A DNA stretch of 64,000 nt. It comes from Bugula neritina (taxonomy: Eukaryota; Animalia; Bryozoa). The notes below the pieces were generated by a model. The model saw only the letters and a list, made by a program, of their open reading frames with translations. It was not told the DNA's origin and ran no database searches. How positions within the stretch are numbered: the stretch's first letter is position 1; every line of letters starts with the position of its first letter. Positions 1 through 12,767 of this stretch are shown here, one piece after another. The stretch is from contig OZ037767.1 in assembly GCA_964035545.1 (NCBI GenBank), forward strand, positions 27,048,628 to 27,112,627. The letters are read 5' to 3'. The translations under genes were made by a program, and so were the position numbers.

Positions 1-81
1 CAGTGTAACTGTGGCAACAGATTAGCAACTATGACCTATGTAATACATATAGCTAAGCATGCAAAGGTTATCTGGTAACAC

Positions 82-3000
82 CTGTATTTTAAGTTCCTCA
101 AGATCTATTTGGCGGTGTTTGCAACCTGATTGACTGGTTCTTGTTCTTTCCTCTGTCTCCAGAGAAGAGTTAGAAGTGAGAGCTACTCCCTTGGAATAGT
201 TAGAGTTGAGGTTGGAAGTTTTCACATCTGTAGGTTTAGAAGTCGGGGGAGAGGCTAGTGATGATCTGAAGAAGTAGAGAAACGTACACGCTACTTATAT
301 AACACAGTAATAAGAGTAATTTATATTGAGAATAACAGTGCTCTTAGTATAATTAACACTACGTAGCCCCATAGAAAGAAGGGAATGTTACTCTGACTTA
401 TTCTTATCAAATCTGAAAGAAAGCACAGGTATATTTTAGAAGAATATATTTTTAATACATAAATCCAAGTATTTCCTTTAGAACATTGTACTGTAGCCGT
501 TCACTAGAGGAAATGATGTGTCACTATAGGTTTCTACAAAATTGCATACTATTTTTCCTTCAACACAAGAGAGAGCACACACCGTGATGACGATATCTCA
601 CAGGAAGCGCTAGCGAGGTCTTGATTGCCAAGATAGTTCTTTAGAGTTTGTAGCACAGCTGCGCAGACTTCCTGGTCATTCTCATACTCTGAAATGATTT
701 CTACTAGACTTTCCAGACCTGCAAAATTAAAAAATAAAAAGAAAAACATACATTTGAAGTGATATTATAATATGATATTCTAAATTTATAGCTTAAGAAT
801 CATTTATAAATCCATAAACTGAAAATGCAAAGCAAATACATAAATTATGAGATTTGAACATAAACTAAATTTTATATTTGAATATCTCAAGTTTGCAACA
901 CCAGTTTAAAGTATAGATATGCAGCTTAGTCAAATTCATGGGTGGGCGACAGACAGCAGACCTATCTCAAAATAACTCAGGACCACGGTCTTAGCCATAT
1001 AATAGTCAAGACAGGTATTTATATGCTTAATAGATAGATTTATCCACATTAAAGCCTGCTAGACTCGAGAGTATCAATATTTTATCCTATTTCATAACAA
1101 ACCTGGCTCTAGCTGAGGCGAGGCAGAGGGGTTCTCAAACAGCATCGCTGAGAGAGCGTGGCAAGCTGCTATGACGGCCTCCTTCCACCCCTGTTTAGCG
1201 AATCTTTTAAGTAGATCCATTGTTTTACCTACGGCGTCGTCTGCAACAACTCTGCTTGTTCTCACACGGCTAGAAATGTGACCAGGACAAATGGAATACA
1301 TCTCACAACCGCAACAACCTACACCCAAACTTCAATGAAACATATGCATATACATAAACTTAATTACCTACCAAAACACTTTACTAACTAGTATGAAGAT
1401 ATACTAACTTGAATAGAAATGTAGAGCCAACATGCATGGCGATATATACAGGTATTTCTTAACTGCATATAAACAAGAATTACACTTCATCAAAACTTAT
1501 GCATATTAAGGGTTTCAATAAATAAATAATGTTACTATCTTGCATGCAATATTATATGATATTTTACAAACACACATATAACGATATTACTAACTTCTTA
1601 GATATATCACTGACCTACATAGAGAAACATGCATGAATATGACCATAATCTTTGTACATGTTTGCTGATGGGGTGAGATGAGAGCCAACTGAGAGAGGAC
1701 ATAGAAGGCTGACCACTGACCCACAATATTCTCACTAATAGTGAAGTTGCCCACAGTGAGGGTCTGTAGGATAGACAGTGATAGATCCAGAAGTTTCAAC
1801 GAGTACGGGCTGGGCTGTACACCTGCCGGTAAACAAAGGGCTGGTTGTTGAACAACTGCTATTACACTCCCTTCCATAGTACACATTATTGTACGCCTTC
1901 TTCAGCGCATATACTTGTACAATGCATACTACTACGTTCCCATTTTCTAATAACATGCAGCCACAAAGTATGTGACTCAATTTGCATGTCACACAATGAA
2001 TGTAAATATAGGCACTATAGTCAAGCAATAAGCTTGAAAATTTTGCACAAAAATACAACTTAGTTTTAAATCAATTTTAGTCAACACAGTCACTACTTTA
2101 GCCCATAAACAAAACAAGTGTGAGTTTTATTATTTAGCAATACCAAACATACCTTTCAGAGTACAGAGAGTAGTTGAAGGCATGATGTGTATGAGGGAAG
2201 GGGAAGGGTGATATATCATTGAAAACTTGATCTCCTTCAACTGGCCATAATCTAGGGCTATTGCTAAGTAACAATCCTTTTTGTCCAGCTTTCTGCAAAC
2301 CTAAAATCATGACAGAACTTGCATTTTAAAAGTGAGTCGACAAAATTAAAACAATGCAACTTTAAGCTAGAACAATTTTTTAAAAAACTATTTGTGCTTT
2401 AGCTTCTGTAGAAACATAGTCTTGTGACCTGAACATGTGCAGAACCGATAGAAAAATACACTGCTAATAGCATACTGCATATAATTGTAATATAAGGGGT
2501 TATCTGCCCAAAAACTAAACATTTATGATTAGAAACTATAGCATTTCTGTACCTGCTAATAAACAGAATCATCACTTTTCAAAACAAAGTTTACTGGCGT
2601 TTAGTAAGTATGTTATTCAAGTATACATATAGGTAACACATATAAAAAAGAGGCAAATGACTTGCATACCTAAATACGCCAGCAAACACAAAATTTAGCA
2701 AATGTCTATTCAACACAGTATTATGAAACATTTTGCTCCAATCTAGTATGATATTAGTGGACAATTTCAAATTTTTCCTCATGGTAAAATAAAAGGTGAA
2801 AGACAATAATTTGTAAGCATTTTGGCCAGCTATAAGCAAAAATTGTTACCTGTGCACGGTAATATATTTCTTTAGCTTCAATTTTACAGTGCGGGCTTAT
2901 AATAGGCCCCTTTACAGTCACCATATCGCCAGGTTGTGGAGCTGAGCCTATAGACTTGTGTTCCTCATCTTGTAGAATCAGTTCTATGTCTGCTATCTAC

Positions 3001-6000
3001 ATTATAAGTATGGGTGGTAGGTCAACCCATACATACGAGAACGAATTCAGCTAATTTGGAATGTAAAATCAAACTATGGCGGCTGAAAACTTAGTAAAGA
3101 GCTAAAGCTTCATGCAAGCACTAAGCAAAATATTGATACATTTTTTCAGCATGAGCATTCCAACTTCTTTTTACTAAATTTAGCTGTGAAACTTAGTTTA
3201 AACAAATACAAAATAACAATTTCAACAGAATAAATTTTGGAGGAACACAAATGCAACTTTCAACATACCTGCTTGAGTTGATCAAGTTCGTGTGCAAAGA
3301 AGTGTGGACCATAAGCTATTTGAGAAGGAATGATATCCTTCCAGTCATCTGAAGAAGGCTCTAACAAAGCAAGAGCATGATATTGTAAGCTGCTCGCACG
3401 GAAATCCAAATTAGTAACAAGTTTTGGAAGGTTCGCACAGAAAACTTTGTGATTATTTACAGAAAGAAAAAAATATTTTTGTTGCTTAAAACACTAAGCC
3501 TGTCAAAATGTTGTTCAGTAGTGGAATGTGAATTCCCTATTAACATACTTACCAGTGTTCACAATAGTCTATGGGCTTAACAATTATTGTTTAGAGTTGA
3601 TCAAATAGTTACAATGTAAGTCCAAATGCATCAGAAGCAATCACAATTCTCTACTTTAACAAAAAAATAAGACTTCATGTTTGGCAGCATTGTATTAGAT
3701 TCTGTATTGATCTTTCTTTAGATAGACAGAATTTCTTAAGTGAAATAGAAATTTTCTAAATTGACTAAAATAGGTAGGGATAACTTTTTAAAATAGAATA
3801 TGCAATTGAGTCTCAAAATTAAGCAGTTATGTGCTCATGCATCATGCAAGCCAGAGTGCTGGAATCTATAACTAGAATCTCTAATGAACCCAAGACATTA
3901 TTACCCTGTGTACACCATTTTTTCTGTTAGAGCGATAACATAATACATAATACACACATACATACAAAGCTAAGACAACAAAACTTTACTACTCACCGTT
4001 ATTTTTACCACTATTTCAAGTACTATACCAAACTAGCCCTAGTTGTTAGAACACACCTCTAGCTACTGCTGGGTCCTCGCTATCCCCCTCACCACTATAC
4101 CAAACTAGCCCTTGATCCAACAGAACTTTACTCAAATTCAAATCTGCAGAAGCACTTGTGTCGTACACATTTCCTGTACAGTGAGTCAGCTGTAAACGTC
4201 TGCGAATAGCAACGAAACAACCATATGCAGGCAACACATCTTATAGAATTGTGACCTTATCTAAACAATGCAATATATTAGCATTGTTTTCTCTCCACCG
4301 AATACAACTTCTAGTATGAGTTTTCCTGTTCTGCGTTCTTCTTGAGAGAATCCTATAGCATAGTTCCTACTTCTCAGAGCTTACAAGCACAGCTAGTGCT
4401 GCTTGCCGTTGTTTAGAACTTAGTCAACACACGTACTGGTAGAATCAAACTACAACTTACTAGTCTACTAGCTATTTTATGCTTCTCAGCTGATGCATTT
4501 CATTGGGATTTTTAAGAGAACCTGTGAACTTTCAGAACACACTAAAGCTTCTTCATTTACCAGAGGTGCCAACATGATTGCTGTAGACATGAGCTGAAAA
4601 TTCTAACCGAATAGAAACTATTCCATGTAAACTAGTAGCAACGTACCTGCAGCCAAACAGCTCCTCCATGAGAGCACAATTCTCAGCTGAAGGCCCAGGA
4701 TCACAGGCCTGCACTTTTAGAACTAAACTTTTGTTACTCATCATACTCTTTATCTGCAAATACAACACAAACACCTAAAAACTAAAAATTAGATGTACCA
4801 CCTATCAAATTTGTGTGGTGAAAAATGCTTTAATAAGCTGCAGAAACCTTAGATTAGAAATGAGTAATCTACTAGCTGTTCTAATGGTATGTTGACTAAT
4901 ATTGCCAGCTAATTCTGAGTTAAGGCATAAATCACAGCCTGCAGATAATGCAAGTGGTGAATTATTAGTTCTCTAGTTTACATGGTATGATAGTTGGAGA
5001 GGAAAATAAAGCTTAGAAAACAGAACTGTTTTTGTGACAGTCCTAAACAAATCCTTACCTGTGACATAAAACTGGCATCATATGAAAATAGACAGCTTTT
5101 CTTTATGTTACAGAAAGACATGCACATGGGCACCAAGTCTGTGAGTGTTATCTGCAGCTCTGTTGGAAGCAACACGTCACTAAGGCAGCTCAGAAGCAGC
5201 AAACATGACTCAGATAATCCTTTGTCATTGTACAGATTGCTTCCAGAGATAGCGCAGTACAATATCTATTGAATAAGACACTGTAACACCCTTATTATTA
5301 TTGCTAATTAGAACTGTTGATAAGCAAGTCAATTTTATTTCATAGTTATTTTGTATAGAATATGCATGCTGCACATTCCAATGACAAAAAATATTCAAGT
5401 AATTTAGATAAAGACCGATATATTTAAATGAAAAGGTAATATAGTGAGGAAGCCCAACATTTTGGATTCTACATAAAAAAGTAATATCACTAGAAACACG
5501 TTAAGAGTTTTTCAACAGGTTAAACTGCATTCAAATAATACAACGTGATTATCAAATAAATTAATTGTAAATAAAGAACCTTAACAATTTTCAGGTTGAT
5601 CAAATGACGCTTGACAAAGTTGGCATCGTAGGCGCTGGACTTGCTGCAGAATTCGGTTAAAATGGCAAGAACAAACTTGATGAGCGATATGTTGGTGGAT
5701 GTTACCATCACTTTCAGCAAGTAAACAAGAACATCCTATAATGCAAGATAAACGCAAGAACCTTTTAATAAAATCAACAAGGCAATTTTAAAATACTAAT
5801 AGCTCTGCTGGTATGAAATTACCACTTTCAAAAGTTATAAACAGCCTCTGCTTAGACATAATAATCCATCATTTCCATGGCTAGTATATTTTAAAAACTT
5901 GCACTGAAAATTTTACATCTAGCCATGGCTCCACGTCCTGTTCTAGCAATTGTGAACATTGAACAGCAGTGGCCTTTTCAAATTTAAAAGTAATGGTAAT

Positions 6001-6178
6001 CTTTTGCAATAGGCAAAAATTTAATTCGAACAGTTGAAAAATTTACCTGCCGTGGAAAGATAGGATTTCTAGTGGCAATAAACTCCTGCAGAATAGTTTT
6101 TAGACAGTTTGCCAGATTTGCTTCATTGGCGAGGAAATCAATTGACAGAAGTTGTTTAGTAAGTGCTGCAGCAGACAT
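82..6178 (-). CDS. Tudor-domain protein with ARM/HEAT-like helical segments (3' end runs off the window)
   Basis: Exons (minus): 6178-6047, 5735-5580, 5265-5059, 4753-4647, [junction 4646-4190 unresolved], ~4189-4093, 3360-3269, 2996-2850, 2300-2153, 1822-1615, 1269-1103, 718-583, 265-82. GT-AG and phase-consistent except the flagged gap. Spliced peptide DIIPSQIAYGPHFFAH...PQPGDMVTV...IYYRAQV...AIALDYGQ...LCTLKGVQP matches an extended Tudor pattern. GLESLVEIISEY...VCAAVLQTLKNY and AVIAACHALSAML are ARM-like. A polypyrimidine acceptor at 6188-6189 implies a further upstream exon. Confidence 0.7.
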
Positions 6179-6633
6179 TATGACTTGCTAAGTGGGACGA
6201 CGTAGAGAGAGTGAAAGACTAGGATTAACTTATCACTACTGCCAATAAAACAATTGTCTTAGAGTCAGAGCTGATTTGAGCGTGAGGGTGCATCACTAAA
6301 AGTGTGTCCTTGAAGATTGGCTTCTTGAATAAACCTACAGTTAGAAATAAAAATAGTTGAGAGTGTTGGAACTTGACACTGATGGTGACTGAATAAGTTG
6401 CCTTAAAATTCAGGCAGAAATCTGGCACCAATTTCAATATCACTATGTTAATGATAGTTATCACATTTGGCTTTGCTAAGATTTGGATTAGATTTAATCG
6501 AGAAGAAATGGGTTTATTTTGAAGTTGATACTGATAAGAAACCACCACAAGCACAGCTAGTGCTACATCATGATCATGATGATGATTACAATTATGAATT
6601 ATGCAGAACTATTAAAATAAATATTATTCTTAC

Positions 6634-7074
6634 TGTAATGGTAGTGGCAGTATACCCCCCATTGTCCCCTGCTAAACATAACTCAGGAATGGCACTCATG
6701 CCGTATCTACATGCGGCACCTACTAATGCATACGGGCAGCACCGCCAGCAGCTGCGGACGGCACCACCAGAATATGTGTCCACCAATCAGGATCGACTCC
6801 ATGTATATAAGTAACGCCTTCCGGCGCCCACAGCTAGTCTTGGACAGTGCGAGTAGCTACTAGGATAATCATATGTAATTGCTTCGACTAGTGTATCTTT
6901 TTCTCTTTTATACTTATGCTTATTTTAATCGTGTATAATGGATTCAATACCCCTATCTTGTTAGACGATCAACTAGTTCGGTTCTTCACATAACCTCTCA
7001 GTGATATGCAGTAATTACCAGCACGCATTAATACCCAAACTGAAACTAGTAGTATGGAAAACTACAACATTACT
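6634..7074 (+). mobile_element. Candidate solo LTR or small insertion
   Basis: Partly GC/CpG-rich island inside AT-rich periodic DNA; begins TGTAATG and ends CATTACT (imperfect inverted termini); flanked by CTTAC/CTTAG (4/5 TSD-like); internal CCAAT (6783-6787) and TATATAA (6804-6810). Confidence 0.35.
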
Positions 7075-7619
7075 CTTAGGTATGAGCATAAAATTTAATC
7101 ATTTTAATTTGATGTTCAATTTAAAGTTAAACTTGAGCAGTTAATCAAAATCATTGATGATTAATCATTAATGTCGATGTGTAACTCAAACTGCAACATG
7201 AACATTTATGTTAAATTATTAACCCATAAGTGATAACGGCCATAAGCCATAAGATAAGGCATTATAACTCATTAACCGATAACAGTAACTGAATACTATG
7301 ATCAATCATTATCATTAATTTCAAGTTTACTAGTATAACAATAAGTCTATAACTTTATGATTAAGTTTAACTACAATCCAACTTCAAGTTCAACGTAAAG
7401 TTGAACTCAAAGTTTTACTTTTAGTTTTAGTGAAAGTAGAAGTCTTGAAAATCAGAATGCGAATGACTGACTGAAAGCCAAAGTCCTAGGAGTTTTTTAA
7501 TACAAATTTACTATTATTATTTTAAAACAAATATTATGCTCAGCTTCAGTAAAGTTCGTGCATTTATCAATTAATAATATTATTTATTTATTCTATTAAA
7601 TGTAAATCTAATACTAAGA

Positions 7620-7853
7620 GTAAGAGATGGATTAACACGTGAGTGCCTTGCGATTTGCGATTGTGTCTTTCTTCTCATCCACTCGCGTTGAGCAATACAT
7701 TAATGAAAAGTTGTCATCCCGTTTGGAAAAAGAACGAAAGTCATGGAATGCATCACGTGTGCTAATATAGCCAATAAAAACAATGATTTACAGCGCTCGC
7801 TTCAAAATTTTTCTTTTGCACTAAAAACTTCTGATTCAGCTAAACGTTAACTT
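7620..7853. promoter_or_regulatory. Putative bidirectional promoter and non-coding first exon of importin-alpha
   Basis: CpG-containing, non-periodic patch between divergent genes; CACGTG E-boxes at 7636-7641 and 7754-7759, CCAAT 7771-7775, TTCAAA (reverse CHR-like) 7801-7806, donor GTAAGG at 7854. Both first coding exons are preceded by acceptor-like sequence. Confidence 0.4.
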
Positions 7854-9566
7854 GTAAGGATTCCAGTTCCACGTTTTAATAATTACATTCGGACTGTGTT
7901 TCCCCACTACACAGCTGGCAATATTAAATTCAGTACATCAATTTCTCTTTACAATAAATCTGATTAAACATAATGATGATTAAGAATACCATAATGATAG
8001 CCATAGTGATACTGATAGACTAAGACTTAGAATATCAATATGAATATCATACTGATACTTATAGTTATAGTAATACTGATACTCATACTCATAGTCAAAC
8101 TGATACTCATATTGATAAGTAATAGTATAATAGTGAATAAGTATAATTTTAAGTGTCTGTCCAAAGACTAAAACTAAAAGTAACTAAGAGTAAGGCGTAA
8201 GGGTAAGCTAGTCTGCTAAGTCTCTTGGGTTGGGGCTTAACCTTAGACTAAGACTTAGAGTTACTGTTAGTGTTACTCTTAGAATTACACAATGAGTCTT
8301 ACAGTTAGTGATACTGTTGGTGAAACTAAGTCTAATCACTAAGAGTAAGTCTTAGTCTAAGATTTATGTTAACTGTTATTCATTATTATTATAGTAGTGA
8401 ACTTGTACTACTACTTTAACTTATACTGTTATAGTTATACTTCTTAAGTTGAGTGACTGACAGTAGTGATAGTAACTTGCGCTTAGACTTAGCCTAGTCT
8501 TAGGTGCTATAACTGTAGGGTTAAGTGTAACTATTAAACACTTTTACACTTTTAGTTGCCATTTATGATTTAATGATTTATAAATAATTACCATAATGAT
8601 AATGTCAATGAATGAATGATGTTATTATAATCATTAATAAATATTAGATAATGATAATCTCAATATTAAGACATCATTAAATTTATTAGCAATAAATATT
8701 ATAATATATAATAACAAAAAGAAATATTTGTAAATTTGTAATTTATATGTTTATCATATAATAATAATATTATAAAATTTATTGTTTTTGTTCTGATTTT
8801 GTATCCTACTAGTTCTTGGTAGTCATCTTTATATTAATATTTATTTTGGTGTAATTAATATCATAGTTATACTGACCTGCAGTAACTTTTACAGTCTTAG
8901 TCTAATAAATGTACTTCTAGTTAACTTACAGTTGTAACCATATTGATTGTCATTTTAAATCCATGAATCAAAAGTAGAATTAAATTTAATTCTTTCGACT
9001 TCTTGTTTCATTAATTATAACTTTTAATCTACAGTTATACTTGTACTGTGCGTATGTTAGTTATAACTTGCAGCTTATCAACAAAAAAGCTTCAATTTGA
9101 AACCCAGGTTGGCTGTGGGGCTGGACATAAATTTTGTTTTGAGCATATAATTTTGAAAATAGAATTATTTATTATAATTGTTTGTTTTGTAAGCATATAT
9201 TTGGATATCATTAGTTAATTAACTTACTTCATTTAATTATTTTCAAATGTTCTAAATAGAATTCTTCAACTTTTCAAATGTAGCTGTAAGATTAGCATTT
9301 ATCTTTGATTTAAATGGGCACCAACTCCAGCTTTTTCAATAAAAACAAAGTATAGCTGTGAAATTAATTTTTAAATAAATGGAGTTTTTTTAACAAGTTA
9401 AATAAGGGGATAGGCTAGCATGTCAGAAAGCTATAGCAAGTCCCGGCTCTGGTATTAAAGCTCAGTAAAACCATTTGCATGGAGCTTTTACTAGACAGTT
9501 GGTGGTGGTGTTTTTGAGTTTGCATATATTATAATTTGTGAATATATTTTGTAGTTAAAGGTCAAA

Positions 9567-12500
9567 ATGTCTGAAAACTTAGGCAGATCAAGACGATTCA
9601 AAAACCAAGGTCGTGACACTGAGGTTTGTGGACATACTGATAATATTTATTCGTTTGTTGAACTTACTAGCCTTTGTAGCTGGAATGCAGAGTGACCAGA
9701 CTTACTATGTATTGTGACTTGTGTTACAACTTACAGGATGGTAGGAGAAAGAGAAACGATGCCAGTGTGGAGCTGCGAAAGGTTAAGAAAGATGACCAGC
9801 TGATGAAAAGGAGGAATGTTACAGACATTGATATTGAAGAGCCCGTCAGCCCATTGCAAGAGCGTTCAGGGGTTAGGCTTGATGTTAGTCTTTCAACATT
9901 AGTCTTCAGATTCTCTTTGAATACTTCTGAATTCTTATATGAATACCATGTTTTGTAGAATGTAGCCAAGCCATCCATGCCCATTCTTCCTATGCCACAA
10001 ATCATTAGCTATATCAACACTGATGACAGAGAAAAGCAGCTGCACGCTGCCCTCTCAGCTAGGAAAATATTGTCAAGAGAGTACAGTCCTCCTATTGAGG
10101 ACTTCATCCAGGCTGGTCTAGTCCCTCGTTTTGTGTCATTGTTGGGCTGCCACGACTCCCCATCTCTGCAGTTTGAGTCAGCCTGGACCCTTACCAACAT
10201 TGCCTCAGGTAACTACCATGCGCTAATCATATGCATTAGTTGCTCTGTCATGCCATGGCTGTTGAACTTGAGCTTACCAACAAAATTGTAGCCCCTTACT
10301 AGAGTTGCTTTAAAGGTGTTAATTACCTCATATTTTACACTTGCAGGAAATTGTGACCAGACAATGGCTGTGGTCAAGGCTGGAGGTATTCCTAAATTTG
10401 CTGCTCTGCTGAAGTCGCCGGATTACAATGTGCGAGAGCAGTGCGTCTGGGCCTTGGGCAACATTGCCGGGGACGGGCCCCACCTCAGAGATGCTGTCAT
10501 AGAGGCTGGGGCTATTGACTCTCTCATTGCGCTTGTTAGACCTGATACTAAAGTTAGTATATGACATGCATGCACTAATAGTGTAATAGAGTGTGTGATA
10601 ATGTACTTAAGACTGAGCAGGGTTGTCTGCACATACGTTTGGTCATAAGAAAGTCATGTTGCAGCTATGCTTGCTGTTCTGCAGTCAGTTGGCAGGCTAA
10701 GCTGCTGCTGTGTGTCCCTCTCAGTGTATCTCATTCTGAAACTGTTGCTTCAGGTGCTTCTTCTGAGAAACATTGCCTGGACGCTCTCCAACTTGTGTCG
10801 CAATAAGAACCCGGCTCCTTCTTTGCAATCCTGCTGCCGCTGCCTTCCTGTGTTTGCTCAGTTCCTGTGCCATGACGATGCCGAAGTGTTGGGCGACACG
10901 TGCTGGGCTCTCAGCTACGTCACTGATGGCTCCGATGACAAAATACAGGTACGTGTACTTACTTCTCACAATACAGGTACATGTACTTACCTATCTCAAT
11001 CAAGCAAGTCTCTCTCAACATTTAGTGACAATAGTTACAGTAGTGTGTTGGTTCTTGATTTGTATTTCTACAAAGGTAGCTTTGGTTAAGGAATACACGC
11101 ATGTGTATCTACTGCCTTATTCAGCTTGCAAACAATGCATTCTATCTAGCCTGATGAGTAGATTCTTTCAGCAAACTTATATTACCAGCTTCACTCTGCT
11201 AATACTTGCTGTACTTGCAGGCAGTAATTGACTCTGGTGTCTTACCGAGGGTAGTGAGTCTGCTCTCCCATAGTGAGACTCAAGTTATCACCCCTGCACT
11301 CCGAGCTATTGGAAATATTGTGACAGGTACTGTTGTGATTTCTATTCTCTGTGTCTAGCTACTGTGTACTGTGTGTAGTTATACTCTATACGCTGTTAAC
11401 TGCCTGTAGTTATGCTGTGTACTCTATACTGTGTGTAGTTGTACTCTATACTGTCTAGTCTACTCTATGTATTGTATATACTGTAATATACTCTCTAGTC
11501 TACTCTGTGTATTGTATATACTGTAATATACTCTCTAGTCTACTCTGTGTATTGTATAAACTGTAATATACTCTCTAGTCTACTGTGTGTATTGTATATA
11601 CTGTAACCAATGCAGGGAGTGATGAACAGACACAGGCTGTGGTAAACTCACCGTCTTGTCTCCAGACCCTCGGCCACCTTCTCTCACACAGCAAGGCCAA
11701 CATTCAGAAGGAGGCTGGCTGGGCTATTAGCAACATCACAGCCGGCAACCAGGTAATCAGGACGTCACATTGACTTGCTGTCAGTGCACATTGACTCGCT
11801 GTCAGCACACTCCCGTTATATCCTGTTTGATTATCGATAGTTGTTTGTTCGTATGGTGGGCATCTAGTAACTTGTTTATATTGACAACTTCAATTTTGTT
11901 TTGCACGTAGCTTCAAATACAAGCGGTCATTGATGCTGAGATTATTCCCGGAGTGATTAGTTTGATGTCTAATGGTGATTTCAAAAGTCAGAAAGAGGCT
12001 GTGTGGGTCATAACTAATCTCACTTCTGGAGGTAAGTAAAAATGACATCGGCCTATATTTAATAAGAAGCGCAATATTTAACTTTATTTAGTTGAACAGT
12101 GAATTTATAGCTGCGATAATCTGAATACTTTTCAACATAATACTAAAGTCTGAGTTTTCCATTATTTGGGATTAGTGACTTAGTGGTCACTGGTATTGTA
12201 ACTATATGCCATGCTGTACAAGCTCCTCCCCTTGTGTTGCTACAGGAACCTTGCAGCAGATAGCGTATCTAGTAGAGGTAGGCGTGTTGGCCCCACTGAT
12301 TGGAATCATGACGGCCAAGGAGGCCAAGACAGTGCTGGTGGTTTTGGACGCCATCTCCAACATCCTCCGGGCAGCTAGTAAGTACAGCGAGGAGGCAAAG
12401 AGGTTACTATGCATTCAGTTTGAAGAGCTCGGCGGTGTGGACAAGCTGGAGATGCTGCAGAATCATGATAATAATGAGGTGTGTAATGGCATCTTCTATG

Positions 12501-12767
12501 TTACAGTATATAACTTTTTCCTGGGAAGTTATTTTATCATGTAGCATGCCACTAGAATATTCCTGAAATTAGCGTCATCACTACGTTATGTCCTAACTGT
12601 TACAGATCTATGAATATGCTCAGCGACTAATAGACACTTTCTTCAGTGAAGACGAGGCTGATACAGACAGCGCTGTCGCACCTACGCAAGATGAGACTCA
12701 GTTCGGCTTTGTTGTTCCTTCTGGAAACGAGAAAGGGGACAACCCTCCGGCAAATTTCAACTTCTGA
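9567..12767 (+). CDS. KPNA2: Importin subunit alpha, alpha2/pendulin (KPNA2-like), ~533 aa
   Basis: Ten phase-consistent exons: 9567-9623, 9737-9871, 9959-10208, 10347-10552, 10754-10948, 11221-11326, 11616-11752, 11911-12031, 12246-12478, 12606-12767. IBB domain (RFKNQG...[18 protein letters not shown]), ARM motifs ([46 protein letters not shown]), C-terminal FNF. RNKNPAP favours the KPNA2 clade; subfamily is less certain than family. Confidence 0.95.
11355..11606. repeat. Intronic degenerate minisatellite (~40-bp units built of TACTGT/TACTCT)
   Basis: ctagtctactctgtgtattgtatatactgtaatatactct repeated about 3.5 times, preceded by decayed copies. Confidence 0.85.

Noticed and set aside
6225-6814. 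ORFs 6225-6554 (-) and 6467-6814 (+)
   Set aside because: Open frames are explained by periodic composition and the GC-rich island; no protein motif recognised.
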